A DNA stretch of 64,000 bases, taken from contig JBJKRL010000063.1 of the NCBI GenBank assembly GCA_046704745.1, positions 5,387 through 69,386 on the forward strand, read 5' to 3'. This DNA comes from Desulfocapsaceae bacterium (GTDB taxonomy: Bacteria > Desulfobacterota > Desulfobulbia > Desulfobulbales > Desulfocapsaceae). Shown here one piece after another: positions 1 to 9,823 of this stretch. The position numbers were made by a program, and so were the translations under genes. Position 1 is the first letter of the stretch; every line of letters begins with the position of its first letter. The notes beneath the pieces were generated by a model. The model had not been told where the DNA came from. It made no database searches and saw only the letters and a program-made list of their open reading frames with translations.

Positions 1-516
1 GAGGCGAATGCGCTCAACGTTTGCTAACGAGTTGGATTCTGTACCATTACGGACTTTGACGAGATCGGCCCGATTGCCGGTTACCAGTTGAAGATCCACT
101 TGTTCTGTTTCGAGAACGGCAATCACAAGAGCGGCCGTCATGGTCTTGGTGCCACCCGTGTAATCGGCAACAATTCGTGCCTCCGGGAATTGATCCTTAA
201 GATCAACGAGGGCATCCTTGATTGAAAGCGCTGCTCCGTCAAGGTCGTCTGCCGGGACGATTATCACTTCGAATGAGTCCTTCTCCATTCCTAATTGGGT
301 AGGAATATTAGGAAGTGTTGCTTTTTCATCACTGTGTTGTGCTTTAATACAAAGACCCTTCCCCGCAACCATTGTGTCGGAACCACGCTTTTTTGTACCG
401 GGATCCGGTTCGGAACAGATGAAGCAAACGAAATCGGGTTGAAGGTTTTGGTATGCGGTTACAATAGGCTGGTAGGAGCCTCCCACTGTGCAAATGAGAA
501 TGGAATTGATGCTCAT
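1..516 (-). CDS. CRISPR-associated CARF-domain protein (TIGR02710-like). N-terminal 172 codons only; the rest lies beyond the window edge.
   Basis: The frame is open from ATG at 516-514 down to base 1 with no stop. It is missing from the ORF track because it runs off the edge. My translation starts MSINSILICTVGGSYQPIVTAY and contains ADYTGGTKTMTAALVIAV. These are the two CARF signature loops (TVGxSxxP after strand 1, and GGxKxM). Confidence 0.6.
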   Translation of the reverse strand, partial: MSINSILICTVGGSYQPIVTAYQNLQPDFVCFICSEPDPGTKKRGSDTMVAGKGLCIKAQHSDEKATLPNIPTQLGMEKDSFEVIIVPADDLDGAALSIKDALVDLKDQFPEARIVADYTGGTKTMTAALVIAVLETEQVDLQLVTGNRADLVKVRNGTESNSLANVERIRL

Positions 517-571
517 GATAGAAAATCTCTCCAGAATAATTTCCGTGAAAGTCAAGGAAGGTTTTTGCTCA

Positions 572-1687
572 TTATTCCTCTATTCTGATGCGACGGCGGT
601 CCAGCCGGATGCCGTACCGGGTGTCGGGCCGGATGCCGGTGGAGGATATCTCCAGTTCCGCCGCGTTGCTCCGACCAAAGGCAGTCAGGATATCCCGTCG
701 AATCCTGGATTTATAGGACTGGAAGTTCTCAATGCTCAGATTGCCGATGCCGGAATCGCTCATCTCCGTAAGGAGGCGGGAGCCGGGAATGCGCCTGTAC
801 CAGCGGGCGATTGCTTCATTGTCGATCATGCTCGCCTCGAGAAAGCACTCATCGCATTCATGACAGGGAGCGTCCAGGCAGCAGTCTTTTTTTCGCTCGG
901 CAAAAAAGGCGTACAGGGCCAGCCGGGTCGGGTGCATATCCAGTTCAAGGGGGCCGAAGACAAGTTTCCCTCCCGCCAGGTCGATTGTGAGATCAGGAGG
1001 TTCTTCCCGGATCAGGGAGTGCATCAGATCGGCGGGGGCCAACAGCTGGTTGAGCTGGTCACGGTGCAGTTGGTTGCGGATCGAGACAAAGGGAATGTTT
1101 ATCAGGTGAATCCGGGCGAAACGGCTGTTCTTCCAGAAGGGCTGTCCCTGTCCGTCCCGCAGTTCCACCATCACCGGTTGCCGGGGTGGAAAAAAGAACT
1201 CCCGGGAGCTTTCAAATTCAGGTGAAACGAGAACGTGGAAAATCCGGTCCTGCTGCCTCCCGTAGAGCTGGGCGGCGAGCGTCAGGCAGGAGGTCATGGT
1301 CTTTCTGCCGCCGGCGACCAGGAAAAGGACCGCTGTATCGGCCTGGCTGGTGAAATGAAAGGCAAGCTCCAGACAGGTCTGCATCAGGATTTCGTTGTCT
1401 TCGGGGGAGATGATGTCCTCCAGTTCACGGCCGGCGGCATCATGCAGAACATGCAGGGTCTCAACCGAAAACGAGATGGATTCCGGGGCGATGCCATAGT
1501 CGTCGAGGAGGGCGTGATATTTCCCGGTCCCAGGGGCGAGCAGATCGCCTAGGACACGGTCCTTGCCCCTTCTCGTAGTGATACAATGTAGGGCGCTGAT
1601 TCCATGCCCCTCATGAAAAAGGGCATAGAGCGCTTCGGTAATGACCTGCGGGGAAAGCCCACAGACGGCCAGCAGAATATTCTTCAC
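572..1687 (-). CDS. CRISPR-associated CARF-domain protein of the Cas_NE0113 type, with a Cys/His-rich C-terminal half
   Basis: ORF-track protein of 371 aa. The GTG start overlaps the cas6 stop (GTGA), with AAGGTAGGA upstream. MKNILLAVCGLSPQVITEALYAL and FLVAGGRKTMTSCL match the CARF loops. The C-terminal region carries CCLDAPCHECDEC. Confidence 0.65.
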   Translation of the reverse strand: MKNILLAVCGLSPQVITEALYALFHEGHGISALHCITTRRGKDRVLGDLLAPGTGKYHALLDDYGIAPESISFSVETLHVLHDAAGRELEDIISPEDNEILMQTCLELAFHFTSQADTAVLFLVAGGRKTMTSCLTLAAQLYGRQQDRIFHVLVSPEFESSREFFFPPRQPVMVELRDGQGQPFWKNSRFARIHLINIPFVSIRNQLHRDQLNQLLAPADLMHSLIREEPPDLTIDLAGGKLVFGPLELDMHPTRLALYAFFAERKKDCCLDAPCHECDECFLEASMIDNEAIARWYRRIPGSRLLTEMSDSGIGNLSIENFQSYKSRIRRDILTAFGRSNAAELEISSTGIRPDTRYGIRLDRRRIRIEE

Positions 1688-2661
1688 GCTGGTAGTCCTA
1701 CCTTTATCCGTCCAAGTCCGAAACTCGTTTGTTTCCCGAGATGAGTTGTCTCGCAGTAGCGGAGAAGGGGAAGAAATTTCGATAGGTTTTCACCCTGGTA
1801 AAGCATCTCTCCCTGGATGCCTCCAATAAACATGGAGGCCTTCTGCCTGTTGCTGTACCGTTCGATATCAACCCAGCGGCAGGTACTGGAGATCGTTTGC
1901 ACATCAGTCGCTTTAGCTACAAGTCCTTTATAATCAAGCGGTGGTTCCCCATTACCATAGGCTGCTTCAAGAGACGAGATACGACGCAAGGCAGCCCGAA
2001 TCAGCAGATGAAACGGGAGTCCGTTTTGCAATTGGTTGTCGTATTTGAGCCGTAGCGGAGTAGAACAGGTAAGCGCAATTTTCGTGACAGGAAAATCATT
2101 TGCAGCTTCAAGGTTCAGTTCCGGCAATTCTGCCGGACTTTGAAGGGTTGTGCCTTCATATATGATCCGGCCGCCCTGGATGACTGATTCAAGGCGAAAT
2201 ATACCTTCCGCCTTTTTCTTTTTACCAAGACCGATCTGTCCCATTTCCCTGACGGCATAAACAATATGGGGGAGGTAATCGTTTGCTTTGCCGAAAAGGG
2301 TCATTGCAAACTCAAGAGATCCACCTTTGTCGCGAATGCGCCAGTCCTCCAGCGGTGGTTCGAGAACATAGGGATGCGGTCGATGGGCCGCGTTGCCGGT
2401 TTTGACCTCAAAAAAAAGCGCGTAACCACAGTTTGTTGCAAGCATGCAGTTAGCACAATCCTGACGTTTAAGGGCACAGGTTGTCTGTTTCAGGGAGTGT
2501 CCGAGGGCGCCTCTTAAGGACGATCCTTTAAAAACGGGAAGGAAGGCCTCGGATTCAAAGCAGCAGTTGAAACGGTATGTTCCTGTTTTCATGGCCTTTT
2601 CATATTTAAAATCAAGGATGTCCAAAGCCTTGGATAACCGTGTGAACGCGGCCGCCGACAT
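1684..2661 (-). CDS. cas6: Cas6-family CRISPR pre-crRNA endoribonuclease (RAMP)
   Basis: 325 aa. The N-terminus has FKGSSLRGALGH followed by a Cys-rich stretch (CALKRQDCANCMLATNC), as in Cas6_N-type proteins. The C-terminus has the glycine-rich loop HLGKQTSFGLGRI. The ATG at 2661 overlaps lptC by 50 nt; the in-frame ATG at 2592 is an alternative start. Confidence 0.7.
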   Translation of the reverse strand: MSAAAFTRLSKALDILDFKYEKAMKTGTYRFNCCFESEAFLPVFKGSSLRGALGHSLKQTTCALKRQDCANCMLATNCGYALFFEVKTGNAAHRPHPYVLEPPLEDWRIRDKGGSLEFAMTLFGKANDYLPHIVYAVREMGQIGLGKKKKAEGIFRLESVIQGGRIIYEGTTLQSPAELPELNLEAANDFPVTKIALTCSTPLRLKYDNQLQNGLPFHLLIRAALRRISSLEAAYGNGEPPLDYKGLVAKATDVQTISSTCRWVDIERYSNRQKASMFIGGIQGEMLYQGENLSKFLPLLRYCETTHLGKQTSFGLGRIKVGLPA

Positions 2662-3190
2662 TATAGAGTTTTGTTCTAAGGTAATAGGTCATGCTGCCGC
2701 CGCTGATCTCAACCCCGTCACCTACAACCTTGGTTTTACCGGGGCAGATGATCTTTTGGCTGTCGTCGAAATATTTCAGAAGATCGGTGTAGAGCCGATA
2801 ATTATCGGCTTTGCGAATAACAACCACGTCATCGGTTAAGGTGAGACGTTTACTCACTGTATTGTAAAGGCCGTTTCTAGCGGTAATGTTTGTCTTTTCA
2901 CCATTGTCGCCAAAGATATCGGCATCGACAGTTTGGAGGATTAAGTCGTTGGGCTTTTTGCCGGTCAATACCTTTTCCGCTTTGATATCTGCTGTTTTTT
3001 TCCCATCTTCGCTTTGGATGATATCGGCACTATCGATGATAAAATGATGCTCTTCGGTCTGTCGGTTGGCGAATCCGGGGTCATATCCCCCCCGGGGGGC
3101 AAGAAAGGAGGCCACAGGTATTCGCCAGAGGGGAAAGGTCACAAAGAGAATAAGAGGAATTAGCCAGATGCTGTTTCTTGGGGAGATCAT
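2612..3190 (-). CDS. lptC: LPS export system protein LptC (membrane-anchored OstA-like fold)
   Basis: 192 aa with an N-terminal TM helix (IWLIPLILFVTFPLW) followed by beta-rich sequence. It lies directly downstream of kdsC with an ATGA stop/start overlap, which is the canonical kdsC-lptC order. Confidence 0.65.
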   Translation of the reverse strand: MISPRNSIWLIPLILFVTFPLWRIPVASFLAPRGGYDPGFANRQTEEHHFIIDSADIIQSEDGKKTADIKAEKVLTGKKPNDLILQTVDADIFGDNGEKTNITARNGLYNTVSKRLTLTDDVVVIRKADNYRLYTDLLKYFDDSQKIICPGKTKVVGDGVEISGGSMTYYLRTKLYNVGGRVHTVIQGFGHP

Positions 3191-3831
3191 CGGCTCATAT
3201 ATTTTTGAAGGTATTGGTGTTTAATTCCTTTTGCTTCCAGGAGAAAGTCGCAGAGTTCACGTATCGCGCCCATCCCACCGTTTTTTTTTGCAATAAAGTG
3301 AGCTACATCCCGGACTTCAGCCACAGCGTTTGCCGGCGCCGCTGCCAAACCGACCCTGCCAAGGAGGACCAGATCAAGCCAGTCGTCACCCATATAGGCG
3401 ACTTCAAAGGGTTTGAGACCCGATTGGGTGAGGATATTTTTAAACACAGTCAATTTATTGTCAATACCCTGGAAAATGTATTGCAGCTTCAAATCCTGTG
3501 CACGCTTGGCTACGGCCTCCGAGTGACGGGCGGAAATCACACCGCAATCGATACCAGCCTCTTGCAAAAGTCGTAATCCGAAACCGTCCTGGGCGTTGAA
3601 AGCCTTGCTTTCTTTGCCGTCATGAGAGAGAAGAAACGTGCCGTCGGTAAGCACGCCGTCCACATCCAAAAGTAAAAGTCGAATGGGTACCGCTTTGGCA
3701 AGAGCTGTCTTATGCAGGGCATCCTGTTGTCCGGTTTCGGCCCGATTCCTGGCCATTGTCCGGTATCCTTCGGTAATTTCACAATCTGAGGGATAATCCC
3801 CGGAGATCGATTGTTGACATGTTTCTGCCAT
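3187..3831 (-). CDS. kdsC: 3-deoxy-D-manno-octulosonate 8-phosphate phosphatase KdsC (HAD family)
   Basis: LLLLDVDGVLTDG, ISARHSEAV and YMGDDWLDL are the HAD motifs in the KdsC arrangement. The N-terminal about 25 residues are uncertain; an alternative ATG lies at 3756. Confidence 0.85.
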   Translation of the reverse strand: MAETCQQSISGDYPSDCEITEGYRTMARNRAETGQQDALHKTALAKAVPIRLLLLDVDGVLTDGTFLLSHDGKESKAFNAQDGFGLRLLQEAGIDCGVISARHSEAVAKRAQDLKLQYIFQGIDNKLTVFKNILTQSGLKPFEVAYMGDDWLDLVLLGRVGLAAAPANAVAEVRDVAHFIAKKNGGMGAIRELCDFLLEAKGIKHQYLQKYMSR

Positions 3832-3843
3832 ATCTTAATACTA

Positions 3844-4692
3844 TTATTTAGTAAAAATATCTTCCACGGCAGTCCGGATGCGTACGATTGTCCCCAGCAG
3901 ATCCTCTACTTGGCTAAGCGGCATCGAGTTAGGTCCGTCACAGAGTGCCTGTTTTGGGTCGGGGTGGATTTCCATAAACAGACCGTCGATACCCACTGCG
4001 GTTGCCGCTCGGGCAAGGGGTGCGATAAATTCATGTCTACCGCCTGACGAGTGGCCTGCCCCTCCAGGGATCTGTACGGAGTGGGTGGCATCGAAGACAA
4101 CCGGGCAATCGTGAGAGCGCATGATTGGTAGAGACCGCATATCGACAACCAGATTATTGTAGCCGAAGCTGCTTCCGCGTTCAACCAGCATGACCTGGCT
4201 TTTGCCTCCGGCCCTGATCTTATCGACGGCATTTTTTATATCCCAAGGAGAAACAAACTGCCCTTTTTTCAAATTAATCGGTTTTCCCGTCCGAGCGGCT
4301 GCTACCAGAAGATCTGTCTGGCGGCAGAGAAAGGCGGGGATCTGCAGGACATCCAAAACCTCGGCTGCAGGTTTTACCTGAGATGGATCGTGGATATCCG
4401 ACAGTACAGGCACCTGTATTTCCTCTCTTATTCTTTGCAGGATTCGTAAGCCCTCGTCGAGTCCCGGCCCTCGGTATGAATGGAGAGAACTGCGATTAGC
4501 CTTGTCGAATGATGCCTTGAAGATGTAGCTAAGACCGAGCCGAAAGCAGATTTCCTGCATGGCTTCGGCAACCCGACGCGCCAGATCTTCTGATTCCAGG
4601 ACGCAGGGCCCGCCGATCAGAAGCAATGGCTGCCCATTGCCGACCGCAATCGTCTTCTTAGCGGGATGGTTGATGACAACAAGGGGAGTCAT
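3844..4692 (-). CDS. kdsA: 2-dehydro-3-deoxyphosphooctonate aldolase (KDO8P synthase) KdsA
   Basis: 282 aa, with [24 protein letters not shown] and [10 protein letters not shown] typical of KdsA. Its start overlaps the pyrG stop. Confidence 0.9.
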   Translation of the reverse strand: MTPLVVINHPAKKTIAVGNGQPLLLIGGPCVLESEDLARRVAEAMQEICFRLGLSYIFKASFDKANRSSLHSYRGPGLDEGLRILQRIREEIQVPVLSDIHDPSQVKPAAEVLDVLQIPAFLCRQTDLLVAAARTGKPINLKKGQFVSPWDIKNAVDKIRAGGKSQVMLVERGSSFGYNNLVVDMRSLPIMRSHDCPVVFDATHSVQIPGGAGHSSGGRHEFIAPLARAATAVGIDGLFMEIHPDPKQALCDGPNSMPLSQVEDLLGTIVRIRTAVEDIFTK

Positions 4693-6350
4693 TACCCTCC
4701 CTGTTTCTTTTTAACCGCGGCACTGATAAAGGCGGTAAAGAGAGGATGCGGCTTCATCGGTTTTGATTTGAACTCCGGATGAAACTGGCAACCAAGGAAC
4801 CAGGGATGATCTGCCAGTTCAACAATTTCCACCAGATTGTTATCCGGTGAGGTTCCCGATACGACCAACCCGTTTTTTTCCAGCACTTCCCGATACGCAT
4901 TGTTGAATTCGTAGCGGTGCCGATGTCTTTCTGAGATTTCAGGTGTCTGATAGGCAACGGAGGCGTTTGTCCCATCCTTGAGGACGCATGGATAGGCACC
5001 GAGACGCAAGGTCCCGCCCAAATCGGAGGTCTCATCCCGAATCTGTACTTTATTGCAACGATAATCGTACCATTCCTTCATCAAATAAATGACGGGATCA
5101 GGGGTCGTCATGTCCAGCTCGGTGGAATTTGCCTTGGTAATTCCGGCAATATTTCGACAAAATTCGATAACTGCCAGTTGCATACCCAGACAGATACCGA
5201 AGTACGGAATCTTATTTTGACGGGCGTAGGTAATGGCATTTATCTTTCCTTCGGCGCCACGACGGCCGAATCCTCCCGGTACCAGAACACCGTGGCATCC
5301 GGCCAGGAGTTCTGCCGGATCGTTGGATTCAAGATCTTCAGCGCTGATATACCGGAGATTGACCTTGGTTTTGGTGGCAATACCACCATGGATCAAGGCC
5401 TCATGCAAACTTTTATAGGACTCGGTCAGATCGATATATTTTCCCGTGATGGCTATGGTGACATCATGTTTCGGGTTTTTGATTGTTGTAACCAGGTCCT
5501 CCCATGGTTTAATGTTCGGCTGGCCGGTCCAGACATTCAGGAGTTCAAGGATCTTGGAGTCCAAACCCTCTTTGTGCAGATGCAACGGGACCTCATAAAT
5601 ACTATCCACATCGATTGCGGTGATGACTGCGTCCTTGGGTACATTGCAAAAAAGTGCGATTTTGGCTTTTAGGCTGTCTTCAATGGGGACCTCAGTCCGG
5701 CAAACAAGGATGTCCGGCTGTATGCCGTCGGCACGCAACTCCCGCACGGAATGCTGGGTCGGCTTGGTTTTTACTTCGCCGGCGGCTTTGATGTAGGGTA
5801 CCAGGGTGAGATGGATAAACAAGGAATATTCCCTACCCAGATCACTGCGAAGCTGCCTAATGGCCTCAATGAACGGCAGTCCCTCGATGTCACCTATAGT
5901 TCCTCCGATTTCGATGATGGCCACATCGGCACTGCCGTCAAGTTGAAGAATAGCCTTTTTGATCTCATCGGTTATGTGAGGGATGACCTGGACGGTTCCA
6001 CCGAGGTATTCGCCGCGTCTTTCCTTGGTTATGACGGAATAGTAAATCCGGCCGGAGGTGTAGTTGTTTTTCTGAGCCATTACGGCACTGGTATACCGTT
6101 CGTAATGACCCATATCCAGATCGGTTTCAGCTCCGTCGTCGGTGACATAGACTTCGCCGTGCTGGAAAGGATTCATTGTGCCCGGATCGACATTGATGTA
6201 AGGGTCGAGTTTCTGGAAAGTTACCGTGAGTCCGCGACTTTCGAGAAGGGCACCAATGGATGCCGAGGCGAGTCCCTTTCCAAGAGAAGAGAGGACACCG
6301 CCCGTGACGAAAATAAATTTGGTCCGTTTGGTATTGTTTGCGGTTTTCAT
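4692..6350 (-). CDS. pyrG: CTP synthase PyrG
   Basis: [16 protein letters not shown] is present at the N-terminus. The glutamine amidotransferase half has GICLGMQ and HRHRYEFN. The ATG at 6350 is preferred over the TTG at 6371. Confidence 0.95.
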   Translation of the reverse strand: MKTANNTKRTKFIFVTGGVLSSLGKGLASASIGALLESRGLTVTFQKLDPYINVDPGTMNPFQHGEVYVTDDGAETDLDMGHYERYTSAVMAQKNNYTSGRIYYSVITKERRGEYLGGTVQVIPHITDEIKKAILQLDGSADVAIIEIGGTIGDIEGLPFIEAIRQLRSDLGREYSLFIHLTLVPYIKAAGEVKTKPTQHSVRELRADGIQPDILVCRTEVPIEDSLKAKIALFCNVPKDAVITAIDVDSIYEVPLHLHKEGLDSKILELLNVWTGQPNIKPWEDLVTTIKNPKHDVTIAITGKYIDLTESYKSLHEALIHGGIATKTKVNLRYISAEDLESNDPAELLAGCHGVLVPGGFGRRGAEGKINAITYARQNKIPYFGICLGMQLAVIEFCRNIAGITKANSTELDMTTPDPVIYLMKEWYDYRCNKVQIRDETSDLGGTLRLGAYPCVLKDGTNASVAYQTPEISERHRHRYEFNNAYREVLEKNGLVVSGTSPDNNLVEIVELADHPWFLGCQFHPEFKSKPMKPHPLFTAFISAAVKKKQGG

Positions 6351-6464
6351 ACCGGCCACTATAGCAATCAAAGCCGGTTTTTGAAACAGAAAAGTGGCGG
6401 TTGCAAAGAGAGTTTTTCTATAGGATTGATAAACAGGATTGTTGCTCTCCCTGACAAAGGAAAG

Positions 6465-9400
6465 CTACGACTCTTCTTGTGATACCTTGGGGCTATTCAA
6501 TGGTGATTTCCTTAAAAAAAGATGATCGATACTGTTCTGTAAGGTTTCTTGGGTTAAAGGTTTATACAGGAAGCGATTTATCCCAATCTTTCTAAGATGT
6601 TCTTCGGCCTGTGTTCCTTCAGGAGGCAGTATGCCGATGATGATCGTATGCTTTCCTCTTTCCCCATCACCCTCTTGAAAAAGGGATGCGACTTTTTCCA
6701 AGTCCAATTCCTGAATACTTACATCCAAAAGAATAAGATCGAAAGATGACCATTTGTTTTCATACAGGACCTGATTCCAAGTTTCTGCCACAGTGACCTC
6801 CCAGCCAAGGTCGGAAAAAACACGACCGATATTGTTTCCACTTTCCGGTTCGACATCGGCTATGAGGACTTTAAACAGGAGCTGCCGTTCGATAACCGCA
6901 TAAAAATCGGCTGCATTAATAGGTTTGGTCAAATAGTCGTCCATGCCTACCTGCAGGCACTTCTCCCGGTCACCTTTAATTGCATGAGCGGTCATGGCGA
7001 TGATCGGGATATGCGGGGCGCCGCTTGCTTTCTCCCGTTCTCGGATGGCAACAGTAGCCTCATACCCGTCCATTTCCGGCATCTGCATATCCATTAAAAT
7101 GAGATCGTATCTCCTGGTCCGATATTCCTCTACGACTTCCAGCCCGTTTTCAACAGTGGTGACCTGCAATCCCGCCTGATGTAACAGGGTTGTTGCCAAG
7201 GTCCTGTTGATGTAATCATCTTCGGCAAGCAGGATATGTATCCCTTTGAAAATCTCTTCCCTGGTGAGTACGCAGTTGTATTGGGTTCCAGGTTCATTGC
7301 CGTCTTTTACAAAGTCGGCTTCCGGTAGGCGGAAACAGGCAGTGAACCAGAAAGTGGAGCCTTTTCCTTCTTCGCTTTCCATTCCGATTTCTCCTCCCAT
7401 CAAAGCACTGAGCTGAGAAGAGATCGACAGACCGAGACCTGTGCCTCCATATTGACGGGTAGTAGACGAATCGGCCTGGGCAAAGGCTGCAAAAATAGCC
7501 TTTTGTTTGTTCCGGGGGACGCCAACGCCGGTGTCTTTAATGGCAAAGTGAAGCATAACGTTGTCCTGTTCATGCTTGTCAGCCAGGGAAATCACGATGG
7601 TAACCTCCCCGTTTCTCGTAAATTTCAAGGCATTGTTGACCAAATTAATCAGAATCTGCATTAACCTGGTAGGATCACCAATCAGAATTTTCGGAACCTC
7701 GGAAGACAGGCGGGTGATGAGGGCAACATTGTTTTCCATGGCCTTGACCGTCATCAGAGTGGAGAGTTCGTCGAGTTTGTCCGATAAGGAAAAGGTTATT
7801 TGTTCAAGGGTGAGCTGGCCGGCTTCAATTTTGGAAAAATCAAGAATGTCATTGATGATATCAAGAAGGCGATTAGCTGATACCTTGACCATATTCAAGA
7901 AATTCCGCTGTTCTTCATCAAGTTTTGTTCCCAGAAGGATTTCGGTCATACCGATAATTCCGTTCATTGGGGTCCGGATCTCATGGCTCATATTGGCAAG
8001 GAACTCACTTTTGGCAAGATTCGCCTGTTCGGCAGCTGTTTTGGCTTCGATGAGCTGTCTCTCTGCCTCTATCTTATCTGTAATGTTTCTGATAATCGTG
8101 AGAAAAACCAATTTGTTGTCCTGAGCTACGGTGGCCGTGGTCGTCAATGTCATATCGAGAATCTGTCCGTCCAGGGTCCGTTGCCTGCTTTTATAATCGA
8201 CAAGGGATCCGTATTTATTTAAAAGTCCTGCCCATTTGATCCTGTCATCCGCCGATACCCAGAACTCTTTGGCGTTCATAGCCATAACCTGTTCTCGGGT
8301 TCCCTTCATCATATTGAGAAAAGCCTGGTTGACGTCGATAAAACGTCCATCATCTGCGGCAATGGCTATTGCGTCCATGGACAATTCGAAAAGAAGGCGG
8401 TATTTGATCTCTTTTTCACTGATTATGGTAAGTTGTTCAAGGGCCTCATGATGCTTGGCGATTTCAATTTTCATCTCTTCATTGAGGTATAAGAGGTTCT
8501 CATTTTGTTTTTTGATCTCCTCTTTATAGGCATGCTCTTGAAGAAACAGGTTGAATTTTAGGAAAAAAAGATAAATCGGCAGGGCATAGAGAACGCAAGT
8601 AAGAAGAACGGCGATCATAACCGATTTGCGTTTATGAAGGCTTATGATTTGCCAATTGTTAAGCGCGATGGGGTTCCTGACAACCGTGTAGACCGTATTC
8701 CCGATGGTTGCTGTATCCGTGTTAAGATATGCCGGTAATGGCGAAAGGGGATTATTGCCGAATTGTTTTGATTCGACAATTTCTTTCGTCCTGCCAACTG
8801 GTAACGGAAAAGCGGCATGAAAGAGCCATTGCTTCCGAGTGGAAGAAAAAACGATACCTTCTTGTGACACGATCAGAAGAGGACCAGATGCGACTTTGGC
8901 TTCCAGGATCTTGTCTATGGCTTCCAGGCCTCCTTTAATAACTGCAACGCCGATTATCTTAGAGTTGTCTTGTTTGATCGGGCTGCTGAAATATATTCCG
9001 CGGTCATGGGTCGTAACACCAAGAGCTGCATAGCGATAATTCAATCCTTGCAACGCGTTTTGAAAATACGGACGGAATTTATAATTATGACCGAGCAATG
9101 TCGACCCACTCGGTGTTTTGGATGAGGCGATGACAAGTCCTGAATCATCCATTATATAGACGATGGAGGCGCCGAGAATTTCCCGGGCGGAATTGAGAAG
9201 CCTGGTAAGCCCGAAAAGGTTGTCGCTGCTCCTGTCTTGGAAAATAGCTGTCACCAGTTCTTGACGAGCGAGTTCTTCACATGATTTGCTGAAATCTTTT
9301 TCAAGATGCCGGTTGATGTCTTTTGAGATTGTTTCGGTATATTTGACTTGGGAGGCATAAGCGCTTTTTCGTTGGAAGTGGACTACGGCGAAAATCAGCA

Positions 9401-9491
9401 GTAGTAATATTGCTGATACCACGAAGAAAAGAAGAGCGATTTTTTTTCGAGAGCATGGATAGTGATTGAATTTTCGAAAAAATGTAAACAT
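6465..9491 (-). CDS. Hybrid sensor histidine kinase: TM - periplasmic Cache-like region - TM - PAS - HisKA - HATPase - two receiver domains
   Basis: 1008 aa. Two hydrophobic segments flank about 250 aa. The H-box is FLANMSHEIRTPMNGIIG and the G-boxes are GTGLGLSIS. The first receiver has ILLAEDD and LILMDMQMPEMDG. A second, more degenerate receiver has LILLDV. Confidence 0.85.
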   Translation of the reverse strand: MFTFFRKFNHYPCSRKKIALLFFVVSAILLLLIFAVVHFQRKSAYASQVKYTETISKDINRHLEKDFSKSCEELARQELVTAIFQDRSSDNLFGLTRLLNSAREILGASIVYIMDDSGLVIASSKTPSGSTLLGHNYKFRPYFQNALQGLNYRYAALGVTTHDRGIYFSSPIKQDNSKIIGVAVIKGGLEAIDKILEAKVASGPLLIVSQEGIVFSSTRKQWLFHAAFPLPVGRTKEIVESKQFGNNPLSPLPAYLNTDTATIGNTVYTVVRNPIALNNWQIISLHKRKSVMIAVLLTCVLYALPIYLFFLKFNLFLQEHAYKEEIKKQNENLLYLNEEMKIEIAKHHEALEQLTIISEKEIKYRLLFELSMDAIAIAADDGRFIDVNQAFLNMMKGTREQVMAMNAKEFWVSADDRIKWAGLLNKYGSLVDYKSRQRTLDGQILDMTLTTTATVAQDNKLVFLTIIRNITDKIEAERQLIEAKTAAEQANLAKSEFLANMSHEIRTPMNGIIGMTEILLGTKLDEEQRNFLNMVKVSANRLLDIINDILDFSKIEAGQLTLEQITFSLSDKLDELSTLMTVKAMENNVALITRLSSEVPKILIGDPTRLMQILINLVNNALKFTRNGEVTIVISLADKHEQDNVMLHFAIKDTGVGVPRNKQKAIFAAFAQADSSTTRQYGGTGLGLSISSQLSALMGGEIGMESEEGKGSTFWFTACFRLPEADFVKDGNEPGTQYNCVLTREEIFKGIHILLAEDDYINRTLATTLLHQAGLQVTTVENGLEVVEEYRTRRYDLILMDMQMPEMDGYEATVAIREREKASGAPHIPIIAMTAHAIKGDREKCLQVGMDDYLTKPINAADFYAVIERQLLFKVLIADVEPESGNNIGRVFSDLGWEVTVAETWNQVLYENKWSSFDLILLDVSIQELDLEKVASLFQEGDGERGKHTIIIGILPPEGTQAEEHLRKIGINRFLYKPLTQETLQNSIDHLFLRKSPLNSPKVSQEES

Positions 9492-9823
9492 GCCTGTTGG
9501 TTATTTTCTCAGTGACGCCGAAGTTGCACGTCAGACTGTAAGCTTATAGTCTTATTTGTTACCAATGAAATTTGCGTGTCCTGTTAGATCGATCACATCA
9601 AACATGAACGGATTATCGCCATGATACAGCAGGAATTCTAGCCCCTTGCCATGATGTTTGTCAAATGATGTTTTTCAGGCATGCAGGAGGAGGAGAAAGG
9701 TCGTGGGTATTTGCACGGATAAGAGATTGAAAACGACAAAGGTATATGATAGGGTGCATCGCGCATGTTTCTCCGGCTATCTTTCTATTAATGCGAGGAA
9801 TTAATTTTTTCTTTGGGTTCCCC

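Noticed and set aside
488-1225. Long ORFs antisense to well-supported genes: 488-1225, 5751-6482, 12206-12820, 26530-27210, 34798-35559, 62042-62614 and 63070-63837.
   Set aside because: Each lies entirely opposite a gene with strong family signatures. They have low-complexity, Arg/Gly/Pro-rich or otherwise non-protein-like sequence and no recognisable motifs. These are typical shadow ORFs in GC-richer stretches.
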